Shown: positions 41,852-54,800, counted from the first letter of the stretch. The stretch is 64,000 nucleotides of DNA from Auanema rhodensis (GCA_964057225.1 OZ059897.1:18600001-18664000), one strand, 5' to 3'. The notes: a model not told the origin generated them from the sequence alone. Numbers and translations are program-made.

Positions 41852-43932
41852 TAAGAGAAAAAGATGATAATCATTTTAATAACGAAATTGAAATTTTTAA
41901 TGAACCAAATACATTTTTTATATCTTTTTACAAAGCAAAAAGCTCTAATTTAGTAATTTTGTATGACTCTTGCTCAAATAAGTCATTTATCAAAAAACAA
42001 ACCGCAGAAAAGTTGAATTTACCAATATTAAGCAATAAAATGTTGCCAATAGGTACTATTGGTGATAAAGAAGAAATACTTAAATCAAAAGAAGTAATTT
42101 GGGGTATACCTGAGATAAAAGAAAATATAAATCTATTAGCTATTGAGAAAATAACAGATTTTGTGAATATGCCTTCAATACATGAGACGGAAATGAGAAA
42201 AATTGAGCAATATAGCAAGAAAAACATGAAATTAATTTTCGAAAAGGGCAATATTGAACCAGATATATTAATAGGAATGGATCAATTTTGGAAATTAGTT
42301 CCTAAAACATTTGAAAGCATTGATTTGAAAAACGGATTAGTAGTAATTCCAACAAAATTGAACCCTATCATATCAAAACATAAAACGTTTGATGAAATAT
42401 CAGATAGTGAAAACGATGAAACCGAATGTGGTTCAGATCTGAAATGTTTCCTAATAGGAAATAAACTGAAAGATGAGAATAAAAAACTGAATAAAGATGA
42501 AATGAGAAAATACGAAGATGATTTAGCTTGGAAACAATTTCACGAAAATGTAAAAATGAAAAATGGAAGAATTAATGTAAAATTTCCCATAAAACCAAAT
42601 ATTCAGTCAATTAACGATAATTATGGTAAAAGTATAAGGTTTACTAGGATACCTTTCGGTGTCAATAGTTCACCATTCTTATTAGCAGCAAGTATAATAT
42701 ATTTTTTAAATAAGGAAAAAAGAGATATTAATGAAGATATAATGAAAAATATTTATGTTGATAATATTATGCTGAAAGTAAGTAATGTCAATCAAAATTT
42801 AAAACTATATGAAGAAATAAAAAATCTTTTCTCAAAGGTTAATATGAATGTAAGAGAATTCTATAGTAATAACCCAAATATTATGCAAATGATCCCACAA
42901 AAAGATAAAATGAAGGAAGGAAGCATGAAAATCTTGGGAATGAACTATGAGAAAGAAAGTGATGAATTCATTATTGAATTCCCAAATTGGAAAGCTAATA
43001 ACCTAACAAGAAAAAATGTTTTGAGCTTCATTAATTCAGTTTTTGATCCTATAGGTATATCTCAACCTATCATGCTGAAAGCAAAACTATTTATGAAAAA
43101 ATTATGGGATTTAAAAAACGATTGGAACGATGAAATCACTGAAAAAGATTTGATTAATGAATGGTTAAATATAACCGAAAAACTAAGAAATAAGTTTTTA
43201 AAATTTCCAAGACAAATCCTAAGAAATCAAAATCCAGTAAAATTAGAATATTGTTTATTCACTGACGCATCTAAAGATGTGATAGCTGCAGTAGCATATA
43301 TAATTGAATACAATGATCAAAATAATATAATTAATATCCAATTTTTAAATTCTAAATCTTCAACAATGATAGAAGGTACAATTCCGATGAAAGAATTATC
43401 AGCAATGGTACTAGGATTTAAATTAATTAGAGAAAATTTTAAAGAAATGAACGTTAATATAAGAAATATTAAAATTTTCACTGATTCACAAGTCGTACTT
43501 CATTGGATATCAAAGAATCCTCAGAAAAAATTATATATTCGAAATAGAATAGAAAAAATAAACGAAATCAGTCAAGAAATGAAAGAAAAAGATAAAGTAA
43601 TAGAATATTTTTATGTTAAATCAGAAGCAAACCCTGCAGATATTCCTACAAGAGGAGCAGATATAGATGAAGCTAAATTTGAAATGTGGAAAAATGGTCC
43701 TTATTGGATGAAAGAGGAAAATTTATTTAAAGCCAATGTTATAACACAGCAAAACATTATTAATCCAGAAATTAGTAAAAGTAAAATCATAAATCTATTG
43801 ATAAATACAAAACGAAACAATTTATATGAAAATTTTGAAAGTTTAGCAGGAAAATATTCTTCCTTTTCCGAATATATGTCTATTATTAAAGTAATAGTTA
43901 TGTTTGCATGCAAACTAAGAAAAGAAAAATAG
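41800..43932 (+). pseudogene. pol: Pol, 5' part: aspartic protease, internally deleted RT, RNase H
   Basis: The frame opens at 41800; the listed 41959 start is only a TTG. Protease: ILYDSCSNKSFI...PDILIGMD. RT: RFTRIPFGVNSSPFLL and YVDN (42754-42765). RNase H: FTDAS, FTDSQ, NPAD. Ends in TAG at 43930-43932. Confidence 0.88.
41812..41818 (+). promoter_or_regulatory. Putative -1 ribosomal frameshift heptamer A AAT TTT
   Basis: Correctly phased X XXY YYZ in the gag frame, inside the gag/pol overlap (41800-41851). Pol is in the -1 frame. Confidence 0.7.
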
Positions 43933-45468
43933 ATGAATTCGAATAAAATCATGGAAGAACTCAGAGATGCAAAATCTGAAGGCATAAAAAATAAATTAAT
44001 CGAGAAATTGATAATAAAAATGCATCAAGAACAGAATATAAATAGCCTAGAAAAGAAAAAATATAAAAGTCTGGATATCATAAAGGATGAATATAATATT
44101 CTAAGAGTAAGAGGCAGAATGGGTAATGATAATAAGAGTATTGATGAATATCCGATACTATTATTTGGAAAAACAAATTATTCTAATTTATTTTTGAACT
44201 ATATGCATGGTATCATGTTACATCCTGCAAGAAACACATTCATATCAATGATAAGAAAGAATTTTTTTATAATAAAATTGAAGAATATAGTAAACACAAT
44301 CAATTCAAGATGCTTAAAATGTAAAAAATTAAATAACAGACCGTATAAATATCCAGATTTTCCACAGTTACCTATACATAGAATTAATAAATTCAAACCA
44401 TATGAAAATATTGGTGTTGATTTTGCTGGACCATTATACGTCAAAAAAGAAAATGAAACTAAAAAAGTGTGGATTATGCTTATAACATGTTTATGCACGA
44501 GAGCTATATATATTGATTTAGTTCATGATTGTACATCCAAAGAATTCATTTTGGTACTAAGAAAATTTTTTGCAAGAAAAAGAATACCGAAAATAATATA
44601 TAGTGATAACGGCTCACAATTTATTAAAGGAGAAAAAATTTTGAAAGAATTTTCGAGCAAGAACTTTATTCAATGGAAGTTCATAACTCCACATTCTCCC
44701 TGGAAAGGAGGTTTTTATGAAAAAATGATCGGAATCACTAAAAAATATCTAATGAAAAACTTAGATGTAAGAATAATAGAACTGAGAGAACTTGAAACAA
44801 TTTTAGCTGAGATAGAAACTGTAATAAATAACCGACCTCTCACTAATATTGAAACAGATTTTGATAAAATTATAACTCCAATGAGCTTAGAAATTTATCA
44901 TCCAAGTAATATATTACCATGTTATATGGGAAATGAAAATAAAACTAATTTAGAGAATAAAAGAGAAATTAAAGAATGGATGGAAATTTGCAATGAAAAA
45001 GTAGAAAAATTTTGGCTTGAATGGACAGGTCATTATCTTGAAGAATTAAGAGCTAATAATATTAAGTATAGAAATATGAAAAACTATTCAAAAAACATTC
45101 CGAAAGTAGGAGATATAGTATTGTGCGAAAAAATTGGCACCAAAAGAAATAAATGGCCTATGGTTCTTATAAAAGAATTGATCATATCTCCAGATAAACA
45201 GATAAGAACGGCCATTATAAAAAATTCTGAAGGAAATTTATTAAGAAAAAGTATAAAACAATTAATTCCTCTTGAAATTAACCAACAATACGATGAAAAT
45301 CATAAGGAAACGGAAGATGAAACCAAAGATGAAGAATCAGAACCAAAATCAGAAATTCACCAAAAACAACAAGATTGTATATCAAATACAATAATTCCAA
45401 GAGGTACTGAACAATGGAACCATCGCTTGAGACCAATAGCTAGAATAAACTATAAAGAATATTTATGA
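43933..45468 (+). CDS. pol: Pol, 3' part: integrase (same frame as the upstream pol)
   Basis: HHCC (H-x4-H...CLKC), catalytic D (GVDFAGP), D (SDNG), E (GGFYE). Pao C-terminal domain (KVGDIVL...KWP...IRTA...LIPLE) followed by an acidic tail. Confidence 0.9.
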   Translation: MNSNKIMEELRDAKSEGIKNKLIEKLIIKMHQEQNINSLEKKKYKSLDIIKDEYNILRVRGRMGNDNKSIDEYPILLFGKTNYSNLFLNYMHGIMLHPARNTFISMIRKNFFIIKLKNIVNTINSRCLKCKKLNNRPYKYPDFPQLPIHRINKFKPYENIGVDFAGPLYVKKENETKKVWIMLITCLCTRAIYIDLVHDCTSKEFILVLRKFFARKRIPKIIYSDNGSQFIKGEKILKEFSSKNFIQWKFITPHSPWKGGFYEKMIGITKKYLMKNLDVRIIELRELETILAEIETVINNRPLTNIETDFDKIITPMSLEIYHPSNILPCYMGNENKTNLENKREIKEWMEICNEKVEKFWLEWTGHYLEELRANNIKYRNMKNYSKNIPKVGDIVLCEKIGTKRNKWPMVLIKELIISPDKQIRTAIIKNSEGNLLRKSIKQLIPLEINQQYDENHKETEDETKDEESEPKSEIHQKQQDCISNTIIPRGTEQWNHRLRPIARINYKEYL

Positions 45469-45577
45469 AATTAATGTTTTGGTCGTTGGGAGCCATCACG
45501 TAACAAAAACGTGAAAAAGATGTAAAGAAACAAAATAATAATAAAAATCAAATTAAGGAATCAAATACGTCTTCTTT

Positions 45578-45587
45578 GAGGCGGGAA
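45578..45587 (+). promoter_or_regulatory. Polypurine tract GAGGCGGGAA
   Basis: Purine-rich run abutting the TG of the 3' LTR. Confidence 0.85.
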
Positions 45588-45818
45588 TGTTCTGATCTAA
45601 TCAGAAATTGAAGATAATTAATGAAGAACATGAATAATCTTTACCATTTTTGAATCAATATTATAAAACACGTGAAAGTTCACGTGAGAGTCATTTTTCA
45701 TTGTTTTTGTTATTAACATTTTTTATTCTTCGAGTTAACACTTATAATAATCGGTCGTTGCCAATTATTTATAATAAATAGTTATAATATATTTTGTGTT
45801 CTTTGTTTATTCAAGACA
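45588..45818 (+). repeat. 3' LTR (231 bp)
   Basis: Identical to the 5' LTR and immediately preceded by the PPT. Confidence 0.97.
45773..45778 (+). terminator. Putative polyadenylation signal AATAAA in the 3' LTR (copy at 37301-37306)
   Basis: AATAAA lies 40 nt before the LTR end and is followed by a GT/T-rich tract (TTTTGTGTTCTTTGTTT). Confidence 0.5.
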
Positions 45819-45823
45819 TTAGT
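45819..45823 (+). repeat. Target-site duplication TTAGT (right copy)
   Basis: [...AAGACA]-TTAGT-GTATG. Confidence 0.95.
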
Positions 45824-48800
45824 GTATGTTGAGTTTCCATGTACACTCAACATTGCTTCCAAAAACATTTTGACAAAAATTTTTTCGAAAAATTTCAAAA
45901 TAGTTTAGCAAAAAGTAGATGTTTTTAGATTCCATTTTTCAAGGCAAAGACGATGGACAATGTTATTCAACGAAAAAATTAATTCTTCAGGGTGAAAATC
46001 GAGGATATAAGTGTGAACTTATATCAGTTGATATCTCGGTGCATTTTTAAGCTAGCGCAAATCTGATAACACAGATCGACGCAGCTTAAAAATCCGCATC
46101 GAATGCACTATACTACATTAAGAAACGCTTAATACAAAAATTAGTTATGATCGTTTGAAAAATGATGCATTAGTGTATGTTGAGTTTCCATGTACACTCA
46201 ACATTGCTTCCAAAAACATTTTGACAAAAATTTTTTCGAAAAATTTCAAAATAGTTTAGCAAAAAGTAGATGTTTTTAGATTCCATTTTTCAAGGCAAAG
46301 ACGATGGACAATGTTATTCAACGAAAAAATTAATTCTTCAGGGTGAAAATCGAGGATATAAGTGTGAACTTATATCAGTTGATATCTCGGTGCATTTTTA
46401 AGCTAGCGCAAATCTGATAACACAGATCGACGCAGCTTAAAAATCCGCATCGAATGCACTATACTACATTGAGAAACGCTTGATACAAAAATTAGTTATG
46501 AGCGTTTGAAAAATGATGCATTAGTGTATGTTGAGTTTCCATGTACACTCAACATTGCTTCCAAAAACATTTTGACAAAAATTTTTTCGAAAAATTTCAA
46601 AATAGTTTAGCAAAAAGTAGATGTTTTTAGATTCCATTTTTCAAGGCAAAGACGATGGACAATGTTATTCAACGAAAAAATTAATTCTTCAGGGTGAAAA
46701 TCGAGGATATAAGTGTGAACTTATATCAGTTGATATCTCGGTGCATTTTTAAGCTAGCGCAAATCTGATAACACAGATCGACGCAGCTTAAAAATCCGCA
46801 TCGAATGCACTATACTACATTGAGAAACGCTTGATACAAAAATTAGTTATGAGCGTTTGAAAAATGATGCATTAGTGTATGTTGAGTTTCCATGTACACT
46901 CAACATTGCTTCCAAAAACATTTTGACAAAAATTTTTTCGAAAAATTTCAAAATAGTTTAGCAAAAAGTAGATGTTTTTAGATTCCATTTTTCAAGGCAA
47001 AGACGATGGACAATGTTATTCAACGAAAAAATTAATTCTTCAGGGTGAAAATCGAGGATATAAGTGTGAACTTATATCAGTTGATATCTCGGTGCATTTT
47101 CAAGCTAGCGCAAATCTGATAACACAGATCGACGCAGCTTAAAAATCCGCATCGAATGCACTATACTACATTAAGAAACGCTTAATACAAAAATTAGTTA
47201 TGATCGTTTGAAAAATGATGCATTAGTGTATGTTGAGTTTCCATGTACACTCAACATTGCTTCCAAAAACATTTTGACAAAAATTTTTTCGAAAAATTTC
47301 AAAATAGTTTAGCAAAAAGTAGATGTTTTTAGATTCCATTTTTCAAGGCAAAGACGATGGACAATGTTATTCAACGAAAAAATTAATTCTTCAGGGTGAA
47401 AATCGAGGATATAAGTGTGAACTTATATCAGTTGATATCTCGGTGCATTTTTAAGCTAGCGCAAATCTGATAACACAGATCGACGCAGCTTAAAAATCCG
47501 CATCGAATGCACTATACTACATTAAGAAACGCTTAATACAAAAATTAGTTATAATCGTTCGAAAAATGATGCATTAGTGTATGTTGAGTTTCCATGTACA
47601 CTCAACATTGCTTCCAAAAACATTTTGACAAAAATTTTTTCGAAAAATTTCAAAATAATTTAGCAAAAAGTAGAGGTTTTTAGATTCCATTTTTCAAGGC
47701 AAAGACGATGGACAATGTTATTCAACGAAAAAATTAATTCTTCAGGGTGAAAATCGAGGATATAAGTGTGAACTTATATCAGTTGATATCTCGGTGCATT
47801 TTTAAGCTAGCGCAAATCTGATAACACAGATCGACGCAGCTTAAAAATCCGCATCGAATGCACTATACTACATTAAGAAACGCTTGATACAAAAATTAGT
47901 TATGATCGTTTGAAAAATGATGCATTAGTGTATGTTGAGTTTCCATGTACACTCAACATTGCTTCCAAAAACATTTTGACAAAAATTTTTTCGAAAAATT
48001 TCAAAATAATTTAGCAAAAAGTAGATGTTTTTAGATTCCATTTTTTAAGGCAAAGACGATGGACAATGTTATTCAACGAAAAAATTAATTCTTCAGGGTG
48101 AAAATTGAGGATATAAGTGTGAACTTATATCAGTTGATATCTCGGTGCATTTTTAAGCTAGCGCAAATCTGATAACACAGATCGACGCAGCTTAAAAATC
48201 CGCATCGAATGCACTATACTACATTGAGAAACGCTTGATACAAAAATTAGTTATGATCGTTTGAAAAATGATGCATTAGTGTATGTTGAGTTTCCATGTA
48301 CACTCAACATTGCTTCCAAAAACATTTTGACAAAAATTTTTTCGAAAAATTTCAAAATAGTTTAGCAAAAAGTAGATGTTTTTAGATTCCATTTTTCAGG
48401 GCAAAGACGATGGACAATGTTATTCAACGAAAAAATTAATTCTTCAGGGTGAAAATCGAGGATATAAGTGTGAACTTATATCAGTTGATATCTCGGTGCA
48501 TTTTTAAGCTAGCGCAAATCTGATAACACAGATCGACGCAGCTTAAAAATCCGCATCGAATGCACTATACTACATTGAGAAACGCTTGATACAAAAATTA
48601 GTTATGATCGTTTGAAAAATGATGCATTAGTGTATGTTGAGTTTCCATGTACACTCAACATTGCTTCCAAAAACATTTTGACAAAAATTTTTTCGAAAAA
48701 TTTCAAAATAGTTTAGCAAAAAGTAGATGTTTTTAGATTCCATTTTTCAGGGCAAAGACGATGGACAATGTTATTCAACGAAAAAATTAATTCTTCAGGG

Positions 48801-51800
48801 TGAAAATCGAGGATATAAGTGTGAACTTATATCAGTTGATATCTCGGTGCATTTTTAAGCTAGCGCAAATCTGATAACACAGATCGACGCAGCTTAAAAA
48901 TCCGCATCGAATGCACTATACTACATTGAGAAACGCTTGATACAAAAATTAGTTATGATCGTTTGAAAAATGATGCATTAGTGTATGTTGAGTTTCCATG
49001 TACACTCAACATTGCTTCCAAAAACATTTTGACAAAAATTTTTTCGAAAAATTTCAAAATAGTTTAGCAAAAAGTAGATGTTTTTAGATTCCATTTTTCA
49101 AGGCAAAGACGATGGACAATGTTATTCAACGAAAAAATTAATTCTTCAGGGTGAAAATCGAGGATATAAGTGTGAACTTATATCAGTTGATATCTCGGTG
49201 CATTTTTAAGCTAGCGCAAATCTGAAAACACAGATCGACGCAGCTTAAAAATCCGCATCGAATGCACTATACTACATTGAGAAACGTTTGATACAAAAAT
49301 TAGTTATGATCGTTTGAAAAATGATGCATTAGTGTATGTTGAGTTTCCATGTACACTCAACATTGCTTCCAAAAACATTTTGACAAAAATTTTTTCGAAA
49401 AATTTCAAAATAGTTTAGCAAAAAGTAGATGTTTTTAGATTCCATTTTTCAAGGCAAAGACGATGGACAATGTTATTCAACGAAAAAATTAATTCTTCAG
49501 GGTGAAAATCGAGGATATAAGTGTGAACTTATATCAGTTGATATCTCGGTGCATTTTCAAGCTAGCGCAAATCTGATAACACAGATCGACGCAGCTTAAA
49601 AATCCGCATCGAATGCACTATACTACATTAAGAAACGCTTAATACAAAAATTAGTTATGATCGTTTGAAAAATGATGCATTAGTGTATGTTGAGTTTCCA
49701 TGTACACTCAACATTGCTTCCAAAAACATTTTGACAAAAATTTTTTCGAAAAATTTCAAAATAGTTTAGCAAAAAGTAGATGTTTTTAGATTCCATTTTT
49801 CAAGGCAAAGACGATGGACAATGTTATTCAACGAAAAAATTAATTCTTCAGGGTGAAAATCGAGGATATAAGTGTGAACTTATATCAGTTGATATCTCGG
49901 TGCATTTTTAAGCTAGCGCAAATCTGATAACACAGATCGACGCAGCTTAAAAATCCGCATCGAATGCACTATACTACATTAAGAAACGCTTAATACAAAA
50001 ATTAGTTATGATCGTTTGAAAAATGATGCATTAGTGTATGTTGAGTTTCCATGTACACTCAACATTGCTTCCAAAAACATTTTGACAAAAATTTTTTCGA
50101 AAAATTTCAAAATAGTTTAGCAAAAAGTAGATGTTTTTAGATTTCATTTTTCAAGGCAAAGACGATGGACAATGTTATTCAACGAAAAAATTAATTCTTC
50201 AGGGTGAAAATCGAGGATATAAGTGTGAACTTATATCAGTTGATATCTCGGTGCATTTTTAAGCTAGCGCAAATCTGATAACACAGATCGACGCAGCTTA
50301 AAAATCCGCATCGAATGCACTATACTACATTAAGAAACGCTTAATACAAAAATTAGTTATGATCGTTTGAAAAATGATGCATTAGTGTATGTTGAGTTTC
50401 CATGTACACTCAACATTGCTTCCAAAAACATTTTGACAAAAATTTTTTCGAAAAATTTCAAAATAGTTTAGCAAAAAGTAGATGTTTTTAGATTTCATTT
50501 TTCAAGGCAAAGACGATGGACAATGTTATTCAACGAAAAAATTAATTCTTCAGGGTGAAAATCGAGGATATAAGTGTGAACTTATATCAGTTGATATCTC
50601 GGTGCATTTTTAAGCTAGCGCAAATCTGATAACACAGATCGACGCAGCTTAAAAATCCGCATCGAATGCACTATACTACATTGAGAAACGCTTGATACAA
50701 AAATTAGTTATGATCGTTTGAAAAATGATGCATTAGTGTATGTTGAGTTTCCATGTACACTCAACATTGCTTCCAAAAACATTTTGACAAAAATTTTTTC
50801 GAAAAATTTCAAAATAGTTTAGCAAAAAGTAGATGTTTTTAGATTCCATTTTTCAAGGCAAAGACGATGGACAATGTTATTCAACGAAAAAATTAATTCT
50901 TCAGGGTGAAAATCGAGGATATAAGTGTGAACTTATATCAGTTGATATCTCGGTGCATTTTCAAGCTAGCGCAAATCTGATAACACAGATCGACGCAGCT
51001 TAAAAATCCGCATCGAATGCACTATACTACATTAAGAAACGCTTAATACAAAAATTAGTTATGATCGTTTGAAAAATGATGCATTAGTGTATGTTGAGTT
51101 TCCATGTACACTCAACATTGCTTCCAAAAACATTTTGACAAAAATTTTTTCGAAAAATTTCAAAATAGTTTAGCAAAAAGTAGATGTTTTTAGATTCCAT
51201 TTTTCAAGGCAAAGACGATGGACAATGTTATTCAACGAAAAAATTAATTCTTCAGGGTGAAAATCGAGGATATAAGTGTGAACTTATATCAGTTGATATC
51301 TCGGTGCATTTTTAAGCTAGCGCAAATCTGATAACACAGATCGACGCAGCTTAAAAATCCGCATCGAATGCACTATACTACATTAAGAAACGCTTAATAC
51401 AAAAATTAGTTATGATCGTTTGAAAAATGATGCATTAGTGTATGTTGAGTTTCCATGTACACTCAACATTGCTTCCAAAAACATTTTGACAAAAATTTTT
51501 TCGAAAAATTTCAAAATAGTTTAGCAAAAAGTAGATGTTTTTAGATTTCATTTTTCAAGGCAAAGACGATGGACAATGTTATTCAACGAAAAAATTAATT
51601 CTTCAGGGTGAAAATCGAGGATATAAGTGTGAACTTATATCAGTTGATATCTCGGTGCATTTTTAAGCTAGCGCAAATCTGATAACACAGATCGACGCAG
51701 CTTAAAAATCCGCATCGAATGCACTATACTACATTGAGAAACGCTTGATACAAAAATTAGTTATGATCGTTTGAAAAATGATGCATTAGTGTATGTTGAG

Positions 51801-54800
51801 TTTCCATGTACACTCAACATTGCTTCCAAAAACATTTTGACAAAAATTTTTTCGAAAAATTTCAAAATAGTTTAGCAAAAAGTAGATGTTTTTAGATTCC
51901 ATTTTTCAAGGCAAAGACGATGGACAATGTTATTCAACGAAAAAATTAATTCTTCAGGGTGAAAATCGAGGATATAAGTGTGAACTTATATCAGTTGATA
52001 TCTCGGTGCATTTTCAAGCTAGCGCAAATCTGATAACACAGATCGACGCAGCTTAAAAATCCGCATCGAATGCACTATACTACATTAAGAAACGCTTAAT
52101 ACAAAAATTAGTTATGATCGTTTGAAAAATGATGCATTAGTGTATGTTGAGTTTCCATGTACACTCAACATTGCTTCCAAAAACATTTTGACAAAAATTT
52201 TTTCGAAAAATTTCAAAATAGTTTAGCAAAAAGTAGATGTTTTTAGATTCCATTTTTCAAGGCAAAGACGATGGACAATGTTATTCAACGAAAAAATTAA
52301 TTCTTCAGGGTGAAAATCGAGGATATAAGTGTGAACTTATATCAGTTGATATCTCGGTGCATTTTTAAGCTAGCGCAAATCTGATAACACAGATCGACGC
52401 AGCTTAAAAATCCGCATCGAATGCACTATACTACATTAAGAAACGCTTAATACAAAAATTAGTTATAATCGTTCGAAAAATGATGCATTAGTGTATGTTG
52501 AGTTTCCATGTACACTCAACATTGCTTCCAAAAACATTTTGACAAAAATTTTTTCGAAAAATTTCAAAATAATTTAGCAAAAAGTAGATGTTTTTAGATT
52601 CCATTTTTCAAGGCAAAGACGATGGACAATGTTATTCAACGAAAAAATTAATTCTTCAGGGTGAAAATCGAGGATATAAGTGTGAACTTATATCAGTTGA
52701 TATCTCGGTGCATTTTTAAGCTAGCGCAAATCTGATAACACAGATCGACGCAGCTTAAAAATCCGCATCGAATGCACTATACTACATTAAGAAACGCTTG
52801 ATACAAAAATTAGTTATGATCGTTTGAAAAATGATGCATTAGTGTATGTTGAGTTTCCATGTACACTCAACATTGCTTCCAAAAACATTTTGACAAAAAT
52901 TTTTTCGAAAAATTTCAGAATAATTTAGCAAAAAGTAGATGTTTTTAGATTCCATTTTTTAAGGCAAAGACGATGGACAATGTTATTCAACGAAAAAATT
53001 AATTCTTCAGGGTGAAAATTGAGGATATAAGTGTGAACTTATATCAGTTGATATCTCGGTGCATTTTTAAGCTAGCGCAAATTTGATAACACAGATCGAC
53101 GCAGCTTAAAAATCCGCATCGAATGCACTATACTACATTGAGAAACGCTTGATACAAAAATTAGTTATGATCATTTGAAAAATGATGCATTAGTGTATGT
53201 TGAGTTTCCATGTACACTCAACATTGCTTCCAAAAACATTTTGACAAAAATTTTTTCGAAAAATTTCAAAATAGTTTAGCAAAAAGTAGATGTTTTTAGA
53301 TTCCATTTTTCAGGGCAAAGACGATGGACAATGTTATTCAACGAAAAAATTAATTCTTCAGGGTGAAAATCGAGGATATAAGTGTGAACTTATATCAGTT
53401 GATATCTCGGTGCATTTTTAAGCTAGCGCAAATCTGATAACACAGATCGACGCAGCTTAAAAATCCGCATCGAATGCACTATACTACATTGAGAAACGCT
53501 TAATACAAAAATTAGTTATGATCGTTTGAAAAATGATGCATTAGTGTATGTTGAGTTTCCATGTACACTCAACATTGCTTCCAAAAACATTTTGACAAAA
53601 ATTTTTTCGAAAAATTTCAAAATAGTTTAGCAAAAAGTAGATGTTTTTAGATTCCATTTTTCAAGGCAAAGACGATGGACAATGTTATTCAACGAAAAAA
53701 TTAATTCTTCAGGGTGAAAATCGAGGATATAAGTGTGAACTTATATCAGTTGATATCTCGGTGCATTTTTAAGCTAGCGCAAATCTGATAACACAGATCG
53801 ACGCAGCTTAAAAATCCGCATCGAATGCACTATACTACATTAAGAAACGCGTGATACAAAAATTAGTTATGATCGTTTGAAAAATGATGCATTAGTGTAT
53901 GTTGAGTTTCCATGTACACTCAACATTGCTTCCAAAAACATTTTGACAAAAATTTTTTCGAAAAATTTCAAAATAATTTAGCAAAAAGTAGATGTTTTTA
54001 GATTCCATTTTTTAAGGCAAAGACGATGGACAATGTTATTCAACGAAAAAATTAATTCTTCAGGGTGAAAATTGAGGATATAAGTGTGAACTTATATCAG
54101 TTGATATCTCGGTGCATTTTTAAGCTAGCGCAAATCTGATAACACAGATCGACGCAGCTTAAAAATCCGCATCGAATGCACTATACTACATTGAGAAACG
54201 CTTGATACAAAAATTAGTTATGATCGTTTGAAAAATGATGCATTAGTGTATGTTGAGTTTCCATGTACACTCAACATTGCTTCCAAAAACATTTTGACAA
54301 AAATTTTTTCGAAAAATTTCATAATAGTTTAGCAAAAAGTAGATGTTTTTAGATTCCATTTTTCAGGGCAAAGACGATGGACAATGTTATTCAACGAAAA
54401 AATTAATTCTTCAGGGTGAAAATCGAGGATATAAGTGTGAACTTATATCAGTTGATATCTCGGTGCATTTTTAAGCTAGCGCAAATCTGATAACACAGAT
54501 CGACGCAGCTTAAAAATCCGCATCGAATGCACTATACTACATTGAGAAACGCTTGATACAAAAATTAGTTATGATCGTTTGAAAAATGATGCATTAGTGT
54601 ATGTTGAGTTTCCATGTACACTCAACATTGCTTCCAAAAACATTTTGACAAAAATTTTTTCGAAAAATTTCAAAATAGTTTAGCAAAAAGTAGATGTTTT
54701 TAGATTCCATTTTTCAAGGCAAAGACGATGGACAATGTTATTCAACGAAAAAATTAATTCTTCAGGGTGAAAATCGAGGATATAAGTGTGAACTTATATC

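Larger units (their letters stand above)
37116..45818 (+). mobile_element. BEL/Pao (Belpaoviridae) LTR retrotransposon, rearranged and non-autonomous, 8,703 bp
   Basis: Direct-repeat LTRs (TGT...ACA), 5-bp TSD, tRNA-Gly PBS, PPT. Gag has three CCHC knuckles. Pol order is PR-RT(YVDN)-RNase H-IN with Pao-type motifs (FDPIG, TDAS, NPAD, DFAGP, PWKGGFYE). Confidence 0.97.

Noticed and set aside
41928-44498. Short minus-strand ORFs (107, 94 and 99 aa)
   Set aside because: F/I/L-rich shadows expected opposite A-rich pol codons.
45481-45514. GGTCGTTG shared with the LTR, and a TCACGT/ACGTGA mini-hairpin in the 3' UTR
   Set aside because: Too short to distinguish from chance.
45469-45587. env-like gene
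   Set aside because: Only 119 bp lie between the pol stop and the 3' LTR.
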